Source: Rhodosorus marinus CCMP1338
Lineage: Eukaryota > Plantae > Rhodophyta
Reading direction: 5' to 3'
Assembly: GCA_029953675.1 (NCBI GenBank)
Contig: JAMWBK010000001.1
Span: 1,674,001 to 1,738,000 of the forward strand
DNA length: 64,000 nt
In this document: in pieces, positions 63,677 through 64,000 of the stretch
Numbering within the stretch: the first letter of the stretch is position 1
Layout: the number at the start of each line of letters is the position of its first letter
Notes under the pieces: generated by a model
The model's input: the letters and a program-made list of their open reading frames with translations, nothing else
Databases searched by the model: none
What the model was told of the DNA's origin: nothing
Position numbers and translations under genes: made by a program

Positions 63677-64000
63677 CAATTTCGATGCATTTCGGTCCAG
63701 AATCCGATTTAAATATGGAATTTCTTCTTTTTTTTTGCATTGGAAAAGGCGGAAAGGACGGGCCGCACGCGGGTGTTGTGGGGGGGGGGGCCGTTTGGTG
63801 TGGCTGCGTTTTGAGGGGTAATGGTAACCAGCTTTTGGATGAGTAGTGGCAATCTATACTTGCAATAACCAAGTTCATAGTCCTGGAAGAGTTCCAAGGC
63901 TAGCGTTCTGTTGAAGCAATACAAACCAGCCTAGTGCGACTAGATCGAACCTTTTCAACCCTCCGGTTGCGTCCTTCGTGGGAGACCGCGCTTTGCTTGC

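Noticed and set aside
1-64000. tRNA, rRNA or snRNA genes and prokaryotic defence systems
   Set aside because: By eye I saw no cloverleaf with T-loop and D-loop, no rRNA or U-snRNA signature and no operon structure. tRNAscan-SE and Infernal would be needed to exclude them formally.

Overview
Eukaryotic genomic DNA, not prokaryotic: a compact genome with many short GT-AG introns (about 50-200 nt). A plastid-type transit peptide and the gene content suggest a unicellular red alga or related photosynthetic protist (inference). Recognisable genes are FCF2, PRMT5, an HSDL2-like SDR, RAD1 (9-1-1 clamp), a plastid VIR3-like M41 peptidase, allantoate amidohydrolase, RPL36, LSM7, a C2H2 zinc-finger protein, a Kelch-BTB protein, TRM8/METTL1, a PPR protein, a Cdc15/MAP3K-epsilon-like kinase, a TLDc (OXR1-like) protein and a SUT/SLC45-family sugar transporter. 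Between these lie tracts of decayed ORFs, including a Ty3/gypsy gag-protease relic and probable C2H2 zinc-finger pseudogenes. The best leads are a RING domain fused to a degenerate Ras-fold pseudo-GTPase, an FLZ/FCS-like zinc-finger protein, a perfect 26-bp hairpin, and an 82-bp insertion in the gag relic that matches nearby DNA in inverted orientation. I found no rRNA, tRNA or CRISPR array. Exon boundaries were inferred by hand, and all family assignments come from motif recognition without database searches.
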